Assembly (NCBI RefSeq): GCF_006345805.1
Contig: NC_042999.1
Location: 150,412,001 to 150,476,000 of the forward strand
Length of the DNA: 64,000 nucleotides
Reading direction: 5' to 3'
Source: Octopus sinensis
Taxonomy: Eukaryota
Part shown: one piece after another, positions 1 through 12,330 of the stretch
How the letters are laid out: every line of letters begins with the position of its first letter
Numbering within the stretch: position 1 is the first letter of the stretch
Translations under genes and position numbers: made by a program
The notes under the pieces: generated by a model
What the model was told of the DNA's origin: nothing
The model's input: the letters and a program-made list of their open reading frames with translations, nothing else
Databases searched by the model: none

Positions 1-70
1 AGCACCACTGACGCTATATTCCTGGTAAGGCAGCTGCAGGAGAAATACCTAGCTAAAGATAAACCTCTGC
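1..70 (+). mobile_element. RTE-clade LINE RT fragment (intronic)
   Basis: Translates STTDAIFLVRQLQEKYLAKDKPL, homologous to the RT segment at 2136-2378. Confidence 0.7.
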
Positions 71-356
71 TTGGGGCATATTTGAACCTGTAAGAAAGCT
101 AGTCACTAAATTTCTTGCTGTAGTAAACACACCAAGTCAGTTTGAGAAATATTCTCCATGACAAAATACAGTGAATGACTTTCTTACAGGTTTCAGTATG
201 TGCCGAGCATATTTGATCTGGTAACAAGTTTGAATTTATGCATATCACAGCTTAGTGCTTCTACTCCATAATACATCATATGAAGCTAAATGGTCAAAAT
301 ATCTTATTAGTTTTCATTCACATTTGATGAGAAATCGCCAAGAAGAAAACACTTAC

Positions 357-771
357 CTATGCGGTCACTTCTAGTAATTCCCTGATTATTATTCAAAGAA
401 TACGGCGAGGGTGCAGGTTCAGATATAACATGTTTCAGAAGATATCTGACATCGGGTGATTTAGGAGAACTCTTGGTTGGAGTGCTATTGCATTTCTTGA
501 GTGGAGAAGCTGAGCTGTACTTTATTCTAATATTAGAATTATCACTGTCTTTGAATAAAAGCTCATTGTTTGGTTCATTATCTTTTGGACTAGGAATGTT
601 ATCAAATGACAAGTCCTTACTTTTATTGTCCGCCTTTAAATAATGTGAAACAATAAAGTCCTGGTCACTTGCTATTAGGGCCTCACAGAAAAGCTGAAAT
701 GCATCAGGGCCTCGACATATAAGAAAGTCCAAAAAGACTTCTACTTTCTTGGAGTTACCATTGACAGCATT
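357..771 (-). CDS. Coding exon: C-terminal half of the CARD plus Ser/Pro-rich linker, caspase-2-like prodomain; gene continues beyond the window start
   Basis: Acceptor ttgtttcag at 773/772, phase 0. Translates as NAVNGNSKKVEVFLDFLICRGPDAFQLFCEALIASDQDFI, like the RGPxAFxxFCEAL motif of CASP2/CRADD CARDs, then a ~90-aa low-complexity linker. GTAAGT donor after 357 (phase 1). The catalytic domain is not in the window, so the family call is tentative. Confidence 0.85.
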
Positions 772-797
772 CTGAAACAAAAAATAAATTTAAAAAA

Positions 798-3523
798 TCA
801 TCATCATGATTTAGTGTCTGCTTTCCATGCTGGCATGGGTTAGATGGTTTGACTGGAACTGGTAAGCCACAGAGCTGCAAGCTCCAGTCTAATTTGGCAT
901 GCTTTCTATAGCTGGAAGCCCTTCATAATGCAAACCTTTCCAAGGATGTAATGGGTGCTCTTTACATGCCACTGGCACAGTTGCTTTTATGTGACATTGG
1001 CATTGGCCTGACGAGTCTTCTCAAGCACAGCATAGCACCAAAGGTCCTTGTCCTTGCCTCCATGGGGCCTAATATTCAAAGATCATGCTTCACCACCTCG
1101 TCCCATAACTTCCTGGATATACCCTTCCACAGGTTCCCTCCTCAGTTAGAGATTGGTACTTCTTTATACAGCTGTCTTCATCTAAATGCATCACATGACC
1201 ATATCAGTGCAGTCATCTCTCTTGACATCATATCCGATGCCTCTTATGCTCAGCTTTACTCTCAAGACACTCTGTTGGACATGCACACACCGAGAAAAGC
1301 ATACTAGCTTAATTTCTTTCAACCCTAAACATGACCTCAGCAGTCACAGCCCGTGTTTCACTGCCATGTAGCATGGCTGTTTGCGCACAGGCAACATATA
1401 ATCTGCTCTTCATTCTGAGAGAGAGGCCCTTTGTTACCAACAGAGGTAGAAGCTCTCTGAACTTAGCTCAACCTATTTTCATTCTAGCAGCTACGCTCTC
1501 GGAGCATCCATCTCCACTGCTGACTTGGTCACCTAAGTAACAGAATCTATCAACCTACTTCTAGGTATCCCTCCTGACATTTGATGAAGTCTATTTTCTG
1601 TACATTTCTAATGTTTATTGTACCTGTACATCTGCTACATACAAATGCTACTTTCCCAGTTAACCTTCCTCTGATATTGCTGCACCTCTTATGTGTGCAT
1701 AGCTTGCACCAAGTACAAACTTATGGAGTTTGTACCTACATCTTTTGTACAGATCAAGCAGGGCCATCTACCTGAAGGGATTTGTAACTTGTTTGCTTTC
1801 CTACTTTGTCAAGACTTTGGTTTTTGCTAAATTAACCCTTAAGGTCCTTTGATTCTAGACCTTACTTCCACACCTGAAATTACTCCTCTAGTTCTGGTAG
1901 TGAATCACTATAAGAACAAGGTCATCGGTAAAAAGGCGCTCCCAGGGGCAGCCTGCCTTAAATTCCTCTGATATTACCCAGAGGACTATGATGAACAAGA
2001 GGGGACTGTAGACTGATCCTTGCTGAATGCCTATTTGTACTCTGAGTTCATTGCCATACTTGTTGCTGACCTTCATCTTACTGACAGTATCCCAGTACAT
2101 GGCTTGTACAGCTCTCACTAACCACTCAACTACTACTAGTTCCACACTGACCACCAGATAAGGGAGCAGGGGACTCTGTTAAAGGCTTCTTTTATGTCCA
2201 CAAAAGATAAGTACAGGGTTTTATTTTTGGCTAGGTACTTTTGCAACTGCCTTACCAGGAATATAGCATCAGTGGTGCTTCTCCCTAGCACAAAACTAAA
2301 CTGCATCTCATCTAGACTAACTATCTTCCTAATTAGTTGGGCTTTGATCCTCCCTATAACTTTCATTACCCAATCCAACTATTGGACACCTCTGTATTTA
2401 TATCTGTCTAAGGCATCATCTTTACCTTTGTAGCAGTAGACTATGATACTGCTACACCAGTCATTGGGTATGACTCCTTTGTATACAACCTGATTAACCA
2501 TACAGGTGACTATACCGCAGCCCACACCACCAGATATTTTACACATCTCAGCGGCTATTCCTGATAAGCTGGAGGATTTCCCTGTCTTCATATCCTTCAT
2601 GATTTCGTTTACTTTGCTACTGTCCATTCAGATTGCTGGTCCATCTGTTGGATCTACACTAGGCAGATTCTCCTTCTCCCATTAGTTCTCTACATTTAGT
2701 AGCCTTTCATAGTGGCCCTTCCAAGCCTCTTTCTTTGTAGAGTCACTCACTGCAAGTGAACCCTCATCCATGCAAATGCACTTCTCTCTCACAACATCAC
2801 AATTCTTCCTGACACAGTCTTGCACACCGAAACACTTCAAGCTGCTGGTCCTCACACTGCAGAACACTGGCAAACTTCTTTTCTGCTTCACTGCTTTCAG
2901 TTAAGTACACCAACCTCCAAACTTTCCTTCTAGCTGCCTGATATATCTCCTTGCTACTGCCACCCTTCAAGTCCCTCCAAGCCTGTTTCTTTGCTCTAAT
3001 GGCCCTATCAACTACATTGATCTACTACAATGTTACCCTTGTCTGGCTGGAACTTTGCACCACCCACAAATTTGGTCTGCAGCTCTCACTAAGTTGTCTT
3101 GTAAGAACTTCCAGTTATCCTCTATATTGCAAGTCTGTAACTCCTCCCGCTTCTCATAAAATGCTTTGGTTAGGAGGTTTCTAAATTTTTGACTATTCAA
3201 AGGATCCTTAAAATTCCAGATCCTTCTTCTCCTAACTGACTTGCTTCTTGGAATACTTTGTGCTTGCAGTTTGAAATCACTAATGAGTAACCTATGTTGA
3301 GGAGTACAGACTTCAGTAGGGAGCTGCCACGAATCCCTTTTTCAGGTGAGAATGTAGTCAATCTGGCTAGCATAGTCACCGAATTTATAGCTTATCAAGT
3401 GACTGGCTGGTTTACTGATGTTGGTGATGTGTATCATTAGGTTATTTGCATCACAGAACTCCAGCAACCTTGTTCCCTCCTCATTCTATGGCCCCCATGC
3501 ACCCCATGGAAGACACATAGGTG

Positions 3524-3524
<1 letters not shown>
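798..3524 (-). mobile_element. 5'-truncated, decayed RTE-clade LINE (end of APE, RT, 3' UTR, (GAT)n tail)
   Basis: Frameshifted pieces read EGTRLLEFCDANNL, SQIDYILT, MQFSFVLGRSTTDAIFLVRQLQKY, FVDIKEAFNRVP, QGSVYSPLLFII and LFTDDLVLI. The tail TGATGATGA is at 798-810. Confidence 0.85.
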
Positions 3525-3563
<39 letters not shown>

Positions 3564-3699
3564 CCAGATAAGACTGGAGCCTGGTGCAGCCTTCTGGCTT
3601 CCCAGATCCCCGGTCGAACCGTCCAACCCATGCTAGCATGGAGAACGGACGTTAAACGATGATGATGATGATGATGATGATATATATATATATATATAT

Positions 3700-4985
3700 C
3701 CGAAAGTGGCCGTAGCCAGTACTGCATCGACTGGCCTCCGTGCTGTGGGCACATGACAAACACCATCCGATCGTGGCCGTTCGCCAGCCTCATCTAGCAC
3801 CTGTGTCGGTGGCACATAAAAAACACCATCCGAAGACCCGGCAAGACTAGTCAGGCCATAACCCATGGCCCCTACCTAGGACGTAGTCAGTCCACCTGTG
3901 CATGCCTTCCTTCTTGTGACACTTGTGAAGACCTGTTGAGGCAAGTGAAAATCAAAACAAATCAAAATAGATGAACATCAATGGAATCTGTATCTTTGTG
4001 GTACCAGTGCCGGTGGCACACACTTTGTGGTACCAGTGCCGGTGGCACACAAGAGAACCATCCGAACGTGGCCGTAGCCAGTTCCGCATCGACCGGCCTC
4101 CGTGCTGTGGGCACGTAACAAACACCATCCGATCATGGCCGTTCGCCAGCTCATCTGGCACCTGTGTCGGTGGCACATAAAAACACCTTCTGAAGACCCG
4201 GCAAGACTAGTCAGTCCACCTGTGCATACCTTCCTTCTTGTGACACTTGTGAAGACCAGTTGAGGCAAGTGAAAATCAAATCAAATCAAAATAGACAAAA
4301 TAGATGAACATCAATGGAATTTGTATCTTGTGGTACCAGTGCCTGTGGCACACAGAAATCCATCAGTGCTGTAGTCAGTGCGGTGGGCACATGACAAACA
4401 CCATCCGATCGTGGCCGTTCGCCAGCCTCATCTAGCACCTGTGTCGGTGGCACATAAAAACACCATCCGAAGACCTGGCAAGACTAGTCAGGCCATAACC
4501 CATGGCCCCTACTGGGACGTAGTCAGTCCACCTGTGCATACCTTCCTTCTTGTGACACTTGTGAAGACCTGCTGAGGCAAGTGAAAATCAAAACAATCAA
4601 ATAGATGAACATCAATGGAATTTGTATCTTTGTGGTACCAGTGCGGTGGCACGTGGCACATAAGAAAACCATCCGAACGTGGCCGTAGCCAGTACCGCAT
4701 CGACTGGCCTCCGTGCTGTGGGCACGTAACAAGCACCATCCGATCGTGGCCGTTTGCCAGCCTCATCTGCACCTGTGTCGGTGGCACATAAAAACACCAT
4801 CCGAGCGTGGCCGTCTGCCAGCCTCGTCTGGCACCTGTGTCGGTGGCACATAAAAACACCATCCGAGCGTGGCCGTCTGCCAGCCTCGTCTGGCACCTGT
4901 GTCGGTGGCACATAAAAAAACACCATCCGAGCGTGGCCGTTTGCCAGCCCCGTCTGGCACCTGTGTCGGTGGCACATAAAATCAC
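3700..4985 (+). repeat. Modular tandem array: three ~300-360-bp units followed by four 61-64-bp units, built from RTE-3'-end-like motifs
   Basis: Recurring motifs CACCATCCGA, GTG(C/T)CGGTGGCAC and GAAGACCCGGCAAG. The short units start at 4740, 4801, 4863 and 4927. Confidence 0.85.
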
Positions 4986-5155
4986 CCACTACACTCTCGG
5001 AGTGGTTGGCGTTAGAAGGGCATCCAGCTGTAGAAACACTGCCAGATCTGACTGGACTGGTGCAGCTTTCGGGCTCCCCAGACCCCAGTTGAACCGTCCA
5101 ACCCATGTTAGCATGGAAAGCGAACGTTAAATGATGATGATGATGATGATGATGG
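4980..5155 (+). mobile_element. Short element sharing the RTE 3' tail, ending in (GAT)n; further copies at 3562-3680(+), 5993-6178(-), 8977-9165(+), 9840-10012(-), 45686-45790(-), 51750-51950(+)
   Basis: Shared sequence GAAGGGCATCCAGCTGTAGAAA...AACCCATGCTAGCATGGAAA..CGTTAAACGATGATGAT matches the 3' end of the LINE at 798-960. Confidence 0.8.
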
Positions 5156-5322
5156 GCTTCTTTTGGTTTCCATTTACCAAATCCATTCACAAAGCTTTGA
5201 TCAACTTGAGGTTATAGTAGAAGACACTTGCCCAAGGTGCCACACAGTTGGACTGAACCTAGAACCATGTGTTTGGGAAGCAAGCTTCTTACCACACAGT
5301 CACTCCTGCACCTGTATACAAC

Positions 5323-5362
<40 letters not shown>

Positions 5363-6487
5363 TGCAGGTGCATATGTCTCTGTGCATGATTATGTATAAA
5401 TATAGATCTGTGTCTATTTGAATGCTTTCTCTCTATCTCTCTACACCCAAGTTGTTATCAGTAATTCACTCACCAATTACCTGATGGAACAAGTGTTGCT
5501 CCACCATGTTCTTGATGAGTGAGTCATCTCATATCTCTACTTTACCTGTTGCTTTGTTACTATATCACTATCGAATCACATAGTGAAGCTCTCGTTTCTC
5601 TTAAATATTTAAAATAAAGAAGAATTTAGTAAAATATCTTGGTCATTATTAAGTTTGTTTGGAACAATAATTCAGCATGAACTTTTGATGGAAGTTTTAA
5701 TTTAAATCATTTTAAGACATGAATTTTGTATCATAGCAGCAGGGCAATTTTAAGCAGGTTGGTATCAAAAGTATTAAAATTTATCTTCTGAGGGCAGATT
5801 TTTTGCCATGATGTAATCTAAGAATGCATCAATAAAATGCTGCCAAAATAGATGTTGTGAATTTTTGAATCTAACTTGTGTTGTTCTTTTATATATACGT
5901 ATGTATGTGTGAGTGTCAGGCCATGACAGAGAGAAAGAATGCACTTGAAGCTGAGACTTTAAGTTTAAGGAGATAATATACATACATATATATCATCATC
6001 ATCATTGTTTAACGTCTGCTTTCCATGCTAGCATGGGTTGGATGATTTGATTGAGGACTGGCGAACCAGATGACTGCACCAGGCTCCAATCTTGATCTGG
6101 CAGAGTTTCTAGCTGGATGCCCTTCTTAACGCCAACCACTCCGAGAGTATACTGGGTGCTTTTATGTGCCACTGGCATATATATATATATATATATAAGA
6201 AAAATACACTTGTCACTAAATTTGACTAAGAGTGTTGGGACACCTATATTGCTAGAAATAAGAACTAAAATGCTCTAATGCTGTAAGAAAAGCACATAAT
6301 TGTATGCATATATGCTCATAGGGACTGCAACTGTCCAGAACACCGATCGAGAATTCCTTATACTTATGTTAAGTTCTGACTATTTCCATAGCCTCTTCAG
6401 TAAGCACTGGTATAGTTTATATTCATTTAAAAGAAGAAAAGATATAGATATATATATACAGATTTAAAAGCAGAAGAGAAATGGGGA

Positions 6488-6628
6488 TAATTGTTTATTA
6501 TTAACAGCAAATTGGTCATCTTCACTTACAGCTGTTTCAATTAATAATATAAATTTAATGTTTATTGAGTATTAATTGAAACGGTTGTAAGTGAAGATAA
6601 CTAATTTGCTGTTAATAATAAACTATTA
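6488..6628. repeat. Foldback element, ~60-bp inverted arms with a ~20-nt loop (MITE-like)
   Basis: TTATTATTAACAGCAAATTGGTCATCTTCACTTACAGCTGTTTCAATTAATA pairs with TATTAATTGAAACGGTTGTAAGTGAAGATAACTAATTTGCTGTTAATAATAA. Confidence 0.75.
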
Positions 6629-6657
6629 TTAACTTCCCAATCACCATTTTCTTTTCT

Positions 6658-6692
<35 letters not shown>

Positions 6693-6694
<2 letters not shown>

Positions 6695-7090
6695 CGCAGG
6701 AGTGGCTGTGTGGTAAGTAGCTTGCTAACCAGCCACATGGTTCCGGGTTCTGTCCCACTGCGTGGCACCTTGGGCAAGTGTCTTCTGCTATAGCCCCGGG
6801 CCGACCAATGCCTTGTGAGTGGACTTGGTAGACGGAAACTGAAAGAAGCCTGTTGTATATATGTATATATATATGTGTGTGTGTGTGTTTGTGTGTCTGT
6901 GTTTGTCCCCCTAGCATTGCTTGACAACCAATGCTGGTGTGTTTACGTCCCCGTAACTTAGCGGTTCGGCAAAAGAGACCGATAGAATAAGTACTGGGCT
7001 TACAAAGAATAAGTCCCGGGGTCGATTCGCTCGACAAAAGGCGGTGCTCCAGCATGGCCGCAGTCAGATGACTGAAACAAGTAAAAGAGA
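6693..7090 (+). mobile_element. tRNA-derived SINE with internal (TA)/(TG) tract; partial copies at 5151-5312(-), 10034-10190(-), 44890-45270(-)
   Basis: A-box-like GTGGCTGTGTGGTAAG, B-box-like GGTTCTGTCCC, conserved body GGCACCTTGGGCAAGTGTCTTCT, multiple copies in the window. Confidence 0.8.
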
Positions 7091-7110
7091 GAAAAAGAGA
7101 GATATATATT

Positions 7111-7148
<38 letters not shown>

Positions 7149-7511
7149 ATATATATATATATTATATATATATATATATATATACATATAAAATACAAAA
7201 TGGGACAAGAATGCAAAACATCCAGATAGATGATACAGGGAAACAAGTACGGGTCATTCGGAGTTTTCTTTCCTCAGTCGAGTTCCAGATTATCTTTGCA
7301 ATTTCAGCTGGTTATACTTGAGATTGCTCCAATCTGGCCAGCCCCAAGAAAAAATTAAACTAAGAGCATTAGATTCCTTGGAAGAAAGCAGCAAATGTAC
7401 AAGAAAACAAGGATGGCAAAAACATGGAGAATGTTATACAAATACAATAACAGGACATAACAACAGGTGTCTTTCAACTAAGGACGAATTAAAGGAAGCT
7501 GGCGTGTGTGG

Positions 7512-7557
<46 letters not shown>

Positions 7558-8592
7558 AATATATAAATGTTGGATAGTTCTGGATACGACTTTAAACTGC
7601 ATCTGATAGTGAATCTCTGGTTCAGGAGTTCCAGGGTTTTGAGAAGTGTGGAACCACCTCTTTGCTATTATTGTTCCCAGATCTACTCTGATCCGGAATA
7701 GTAGCAGCTGTCAGGGTCCCAACTGTGGATTAACCAGCATATGTGATGACAATTCATCCGAGCGCAGAGATGTAGAAATACCCTTGGTTGGTATCAAGGT
7801 GTGCAGAAAAAGTACCAGAAGTGAGGGATTCCTAACTCTTGTCACAGGATCCTTCTAGAAGAGGGGCACTCTGATGTAAAATCTGTGGTTTCACATGATT
7901 ACTGGTCATCTTGCTTTGGCCTGTCACTAGGTACCAATCTCAGGGGCTCAGCAAGTGGTGATCATGTACAAGTGCTTATAACTTATAATCCAATGATGTA
8001 CAGATGTCTCTTTATTAGTCATTCCATCTATTGAAAGTTCAAAGGCAATGGCTAAGTGGCAATGCATGCAGACCACTGGAAGCACATAGTAAGTTAAAAT
8101 TTTCACCTGACACCTACATTTCAAACCATGCAAATCTGCAATGGGACTGAATAGTCATCTGAGAGGTCATGGACAGAAAGTCGGAAATGCTATTGGCAAC
8201 AAAAAGCTCAAAGAGAAGGCAGTCATTTATGAAGTTGGAGTGATCACCATGTGTGCGTTTGTGTGTAGCCTGTCTTGACAGCATGAGATGATTGTAAATG
8301 AGCATCACTGTCATATAAGCAGTGTTGTTCAGTTCCAATCTTCCATAGAAGTCTTACCTGCCTGGAAACAGGTGAGTGTTGGTGACAGGAAAGGCACTCA
8401 GCTATAGAAGATCAGTCTCAAGATATTCCCTCCGACTCATGCAAGTATGAAAAGCAGATGCGAAACAGCAGCATTGTCGACTACAGTGATGACAATAATA
8501 CCCTCACATAAATAAGCATCTGTAGCAAACTACTTTATATTATGACAACCTCTGTTAATGTCAACAAGAAATTATAAAGTAACATAACTTAC

Positions 8593-8721
8593 AATAGATT
8601 CAGCTTGTCTTTTTGTTACAACCTTTTTGGCTATCAAATGTGTTAAAAGTTCTTCCATTACTATATTGTCAACCAACTCCACTCTTTTCCTTATAAGCGT
8701 CTCCTTGTCTTTTTCATTCAT
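8593..8721 (-). CDS. Coding exon (43 codons): N-terminal half of a CARD domain, caspase-2-like initiator caspase (tentative)
   Basis: Translates as MNEKDKETLIRKRVELVDNIVMEELLTHLIAKKVVTKRQAESI, a CARD helix 1-3 pattern. It has a polypyrimidine tract plus CAG acceptor immediately before the ATG at 8721 and a GTAAGT donor after 8593 (phase 0). It splices in frame to the exon at 771. Confidence 0.85.
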
Positions 8722-9169
8722 CTGAAGTAGAAGAAAAAGAGACAACAAATAAAAACAGTTTATCAAACTCTTAAAGTGAGACATGGGCTGTGACTATTGA
8801 GGACATGCAAAGGCTTGAAAGAAATGAAGCTTGCAGCTCTAGCCTACACCAGTGTCACATAACCAACCTGCTCAAAAAGTACCTTTGGATCATAGGGTGA
8901 CATGCCGTGCTTGAGGAGAACTATTGATTCAAGTACATCAACATCAAAATCAAATAAAAAATGTAGTTGTGGTCCCTGTGCTGGTGGCACGTAAAAAGCA
9001 CCTGCTACACTCTTGGAGTGGTTGGTGTTAGGAAGGGCATCCAGCTGTAGAAACAACACTGCCAGATCAGATTGGAGCCTGGTGCAGCCTCCTGGATTCC
9101 CAGACCCCAGTCGAACTGTGCAACCCATGCCAGCTTGGAAAATGGATGTTAAACGATGATGATGCTCCA

Positions 9170-9480
9170 CTGGATGGGTAATGTCAGTGTGCATGAATGA
9201 CAAAGTGCAAATGATTTCAGAGGAAAGCAGGGTAATCATAGCATTAGATGTAGTGTGCAGGAGAAAAGAATGCACTGGTGTGGCCATGTAATGCGTATGA
9301 ATGAGGACAGTTGCATCAAAAGGTGCCGATCTCTAATTGTAATAAGCATGGTTGCCCTTGCATACTGGCTCATCCCTTGTAACCCTCTTCAGGTGAGCAT
9401 CCCTAATTTTGTGGGCTTGTCAGTGCTGGTGCCATGTAAAAAGCACCCAGTAAACTCTGTAAAGTGACTGGCACCTGGAG
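9170..9480 (+). mobile_element. RTE LINE 3' fragment
   Basis: Translates EKRMHWCGHVMRMNEDSCIKRCRSL, the typical RTE C-terminal W.GHV.RM motif. Confidence 0.7.
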
Positions 9481-9799
9481 ATCTACGGACATTTACATAA
9501 GTAAAATTACGTAATATGGTAATAGTGAAACATGTACGTGAATAATCCATATTTTTATTGCTTTTCTTTTGTCTTGCTCGATTATGTTTTGGTTGTTTGC
9601 TAAATTTTTCTTGAGAACATTTCTTAGTGGTAAGACCATAACGGCTCTACTTCTAGCATAAGGGTATCCACATAGTGGTTATCCCTCTCATATGTATATA
9701 ATACAATTTTAATGAACCTTCAGTTTTTTTATATGCTAGACCACTGGTGTGAAATTGATGTTAATTAAATTAATATCAAATTTCTCATCCTCATTTTAA

Positions 9800-9840
<41 letters not shown>

Positions 9841-10559
9841 CATCATCATCATCATCGTTTAATGTCCGTTCTCCATGCTAGCATGGGTTGGACGGTTCGA
9901 CCGGGGATCTGGGAAGCCAGAAGGCTGCACCAGGCTCCTGTCTTATCTGGCAATGTTTCTACAGCTGGATGCCCTTCCTAACGCCAACCACTCCGTGAGT
10001 GTAGTGGGTGCTTTATATATATATATATATATATGATGGGCTTCTTTTAATCTCTGCATACTATATCCACTTACAAGGCTTTGGTAGGCCAGGGTATATA
10101 GAAGTCACTAGCTCAAGGTGTCATGCAGTGGGACTGGACCTGGAACCATGTGGTTGGGAAGCAGACTTTACTACACAGTCACACCTATGCCAAAGGATAT
10201 TCATAGGGGCAACTTTTGTGAATGAAAAAAATTAGGGTTAATTATAATAAATATTATTTAGATTATCCAGATCACGTAATGGCATACTAAACAAGTGTGC
10301 CCCTGCAAATTTTGTTTCCCCATAACTGCTACAAAAATTGATATTTTTTAATGAATTTTTCTACACATATGCTTCATATGGTGTACATTCTGATTACATT
10401 ACGATTTCGTATTTAAATATTTTACATTTTCAGTGATGAAAAATAAAATTTTATCATAAATATAACATGGAAGTATATTATATGATACAAAAATAATACA
10501 AAAGAAAGACAAGAAAAAAAAGAAAAAAAAAGGGAAAAAGAAAAAAAATCAATGTAGCA

Positions 10560-11280
10560 TAAAGTGCTTCAATTGGTCATGCATCACAAGGTTCAACGGA
10601 ACCTACTGAAGACAGCCAGCACACTCGCAGACTTACCACGAGTGATGGCAAGACTAAGGCGTTGGATAAGCCAAGCACCCTCATGGGCATCATCTACCTC
10701 CTTGGTGAGGTGAACTGCCAATGATAACAAGAACTTCGCCATTAGTGGCCCAGTCCCTCCAAACATCTTAAATGCTACAGGTTGAAAGAGATAGTTCAGT
10801 GCCAGGTCCAGATATTGCAGGGTTTTATTCCATTTGGGTACAGAAGCAGTGATGCTCCCATTTTCTGCAGCATCCAGAATGTGAGAGGAAGCAAAAGAGT
10901 CACAGACTGTCACATCCCAGATGAGGCACCTATCTCTTACCCAGGGACAGGGGGGTAAGACTATCCGGTCTCTTCCCATCACTTCTGGATAATCCCACTG
11001 GCTCCAGAACTGAGGGGATATTAATGTGAGCCAGTTTAGCTTAGTGTGATGAGCGAAGTGACCTGCATTTAGGTGGTAAGACAGACTGTGAAGACCTGTG
11101 GGATCGAGGGGCCTACCACAGTGACATCTCAGTTCCCTACAGATGTCAGCTCCCACTCTGAGAGTGATGGAGATGCAGAGCTCATCAAGACTCAGAAGAC
11201 CTCCAATATTGGCTAAAGGCAGAGTATCAATCAAGTCCTCAGAGAATTTTGCACTAGCACGAAGTGGACAACACCTTGAA
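10560..11280 (-). mobile_element. CRE-clade non-LTR retrotransposon C-terminal fragment (zinc finger plus restriction-like endonuclease)
   Basis: ORF 10593-11234 contains CxCG..LDPTGLHSLS, PW..DRCLIWDVTVCD and QRLSLAITRGKSASVL, typical of CRE RLE domains. Confidence 0.8.
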
Positions 11281-11412
11281 AATTAATCAGATTGATCAAA
11301 GTGGCACCTGAACGAAGATTATCTCATACTCTCTACTTCCATCTATCCTCAACTGTAACAGAAACTAACAAACTCAGCTCTCTCCACTGTAGCAGACATT
11401 CATCCATCTTAT

Positions 11413-12086
11413 TATCGGAATTTGTTGGGAAAAATGTTTTCCACGGGTGGGGAAATGAGTTTCGAAAGATTCTCACGAGTCGGATGTGATTCCTCATAAC
11501 TTTCAGAAAAATGGATATCTTTCAAAGAAAGTTTCTACAAAAACCTTTAAGATTACGGACTACATCGGAATTTAATTTGAAAGGACAAAAATGGCGAGCT
11601 CGCATACATCACAATAATTTCTGAAATTTCAAGTTTCATTCCGTAGACATGCATGTGATGTGGGTCAGTATGTATGGGTACGGGTATACCTACACAAGTG
11701 TCACCTCCACCCAATTTTATTTCGTCATAACTTTCAGAAAAATGGGTCTTTTGAAATGAAATTTTCTACAATTACCCTTCAGAGTGAGTTGATTACAAAT
11801 ATATCAGAATTTGATGAGAGAACTGATGGGCATGCATACAACTGACACATGTCACATGTATATCTACAAAACGAAACAAGAAATTTCGAAAAATATTAAA
11901 CGCGTGCTCACTAATTTTTCTTTTCAGATTAAATTCCGATATAATTGTAATCTACACACTCCCAAAGGTATTGATTAAATAATACCCATTTTTCTAAAAG
12001 TTATGAGGCAACAGATTCGACTCGTGTGAATTTTCGAAACTCCTCTCCTTACCACCAGAAATTATTTTTCACAACTAATTCCGATA
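11413..12086. mobile_element. Non-autonomous DNA transposon (MITE) with ~110-bp imperfect TIRs
   Basis: TATCGGAATTTGTTGG...CTCACGAGTCGGAT..TTCCTCATAACTTTCAGAAAAATGG is mirrored at 11987-12086. Confidence 0.65.
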
Positions 12087-12303
12087 TGCGGCCTATTTAC
12101 AGAAAATTTCACCAAAAAATACCTATTTTTCTGAAAGTTAAGAGGAAACAAATCCATGGGATACACTTGTGTAGGTGGTGATCGGTAATAAAGTCACAAT
12201 TTTGGGTGGGAAAAAGTCACAATTAATTTATGGGATCCGGACAAAAAACCCCTGTGATTTTTTAATCTGTGACTTTTACCTGGATTTGTGTAGGTATGCC
12301 AAT

Positions 12304-12330
12304 GCTTCTCAGCCTTATGGCTAAGATCAA
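12304..12330 (+). pseudogene. 5' fragment of U2 snRNA
   Basis: GCTTCTCAGCCTTATGGCTAAGATCAA versus U2 nt 4-30 GCTTCTCGGCCTTTTGGCTAAGATCAA: 25/27 identical. Homology stops before the branch-point-recognition sequence. Confidence 0.7.

Noticed and set aside
3700-4985. CRISPR-like periodic CACCATCCGA repeats
   Set aside because: The intervening sequences are homologous to one another rather than unique spacers. There are no cas genes and the context is eukaryotic retroposon DNA.
6601-7246. ORFs rich in YIYI, THTH, CVCV, LSIY or poly-I/S/R, here and at 18262-18987, 33187-33729, 44115-44501, 45293-45696, 48743-49154, 50317-51012, 55499-55907
   Set aside because: These are microsatellite translation artefacts.
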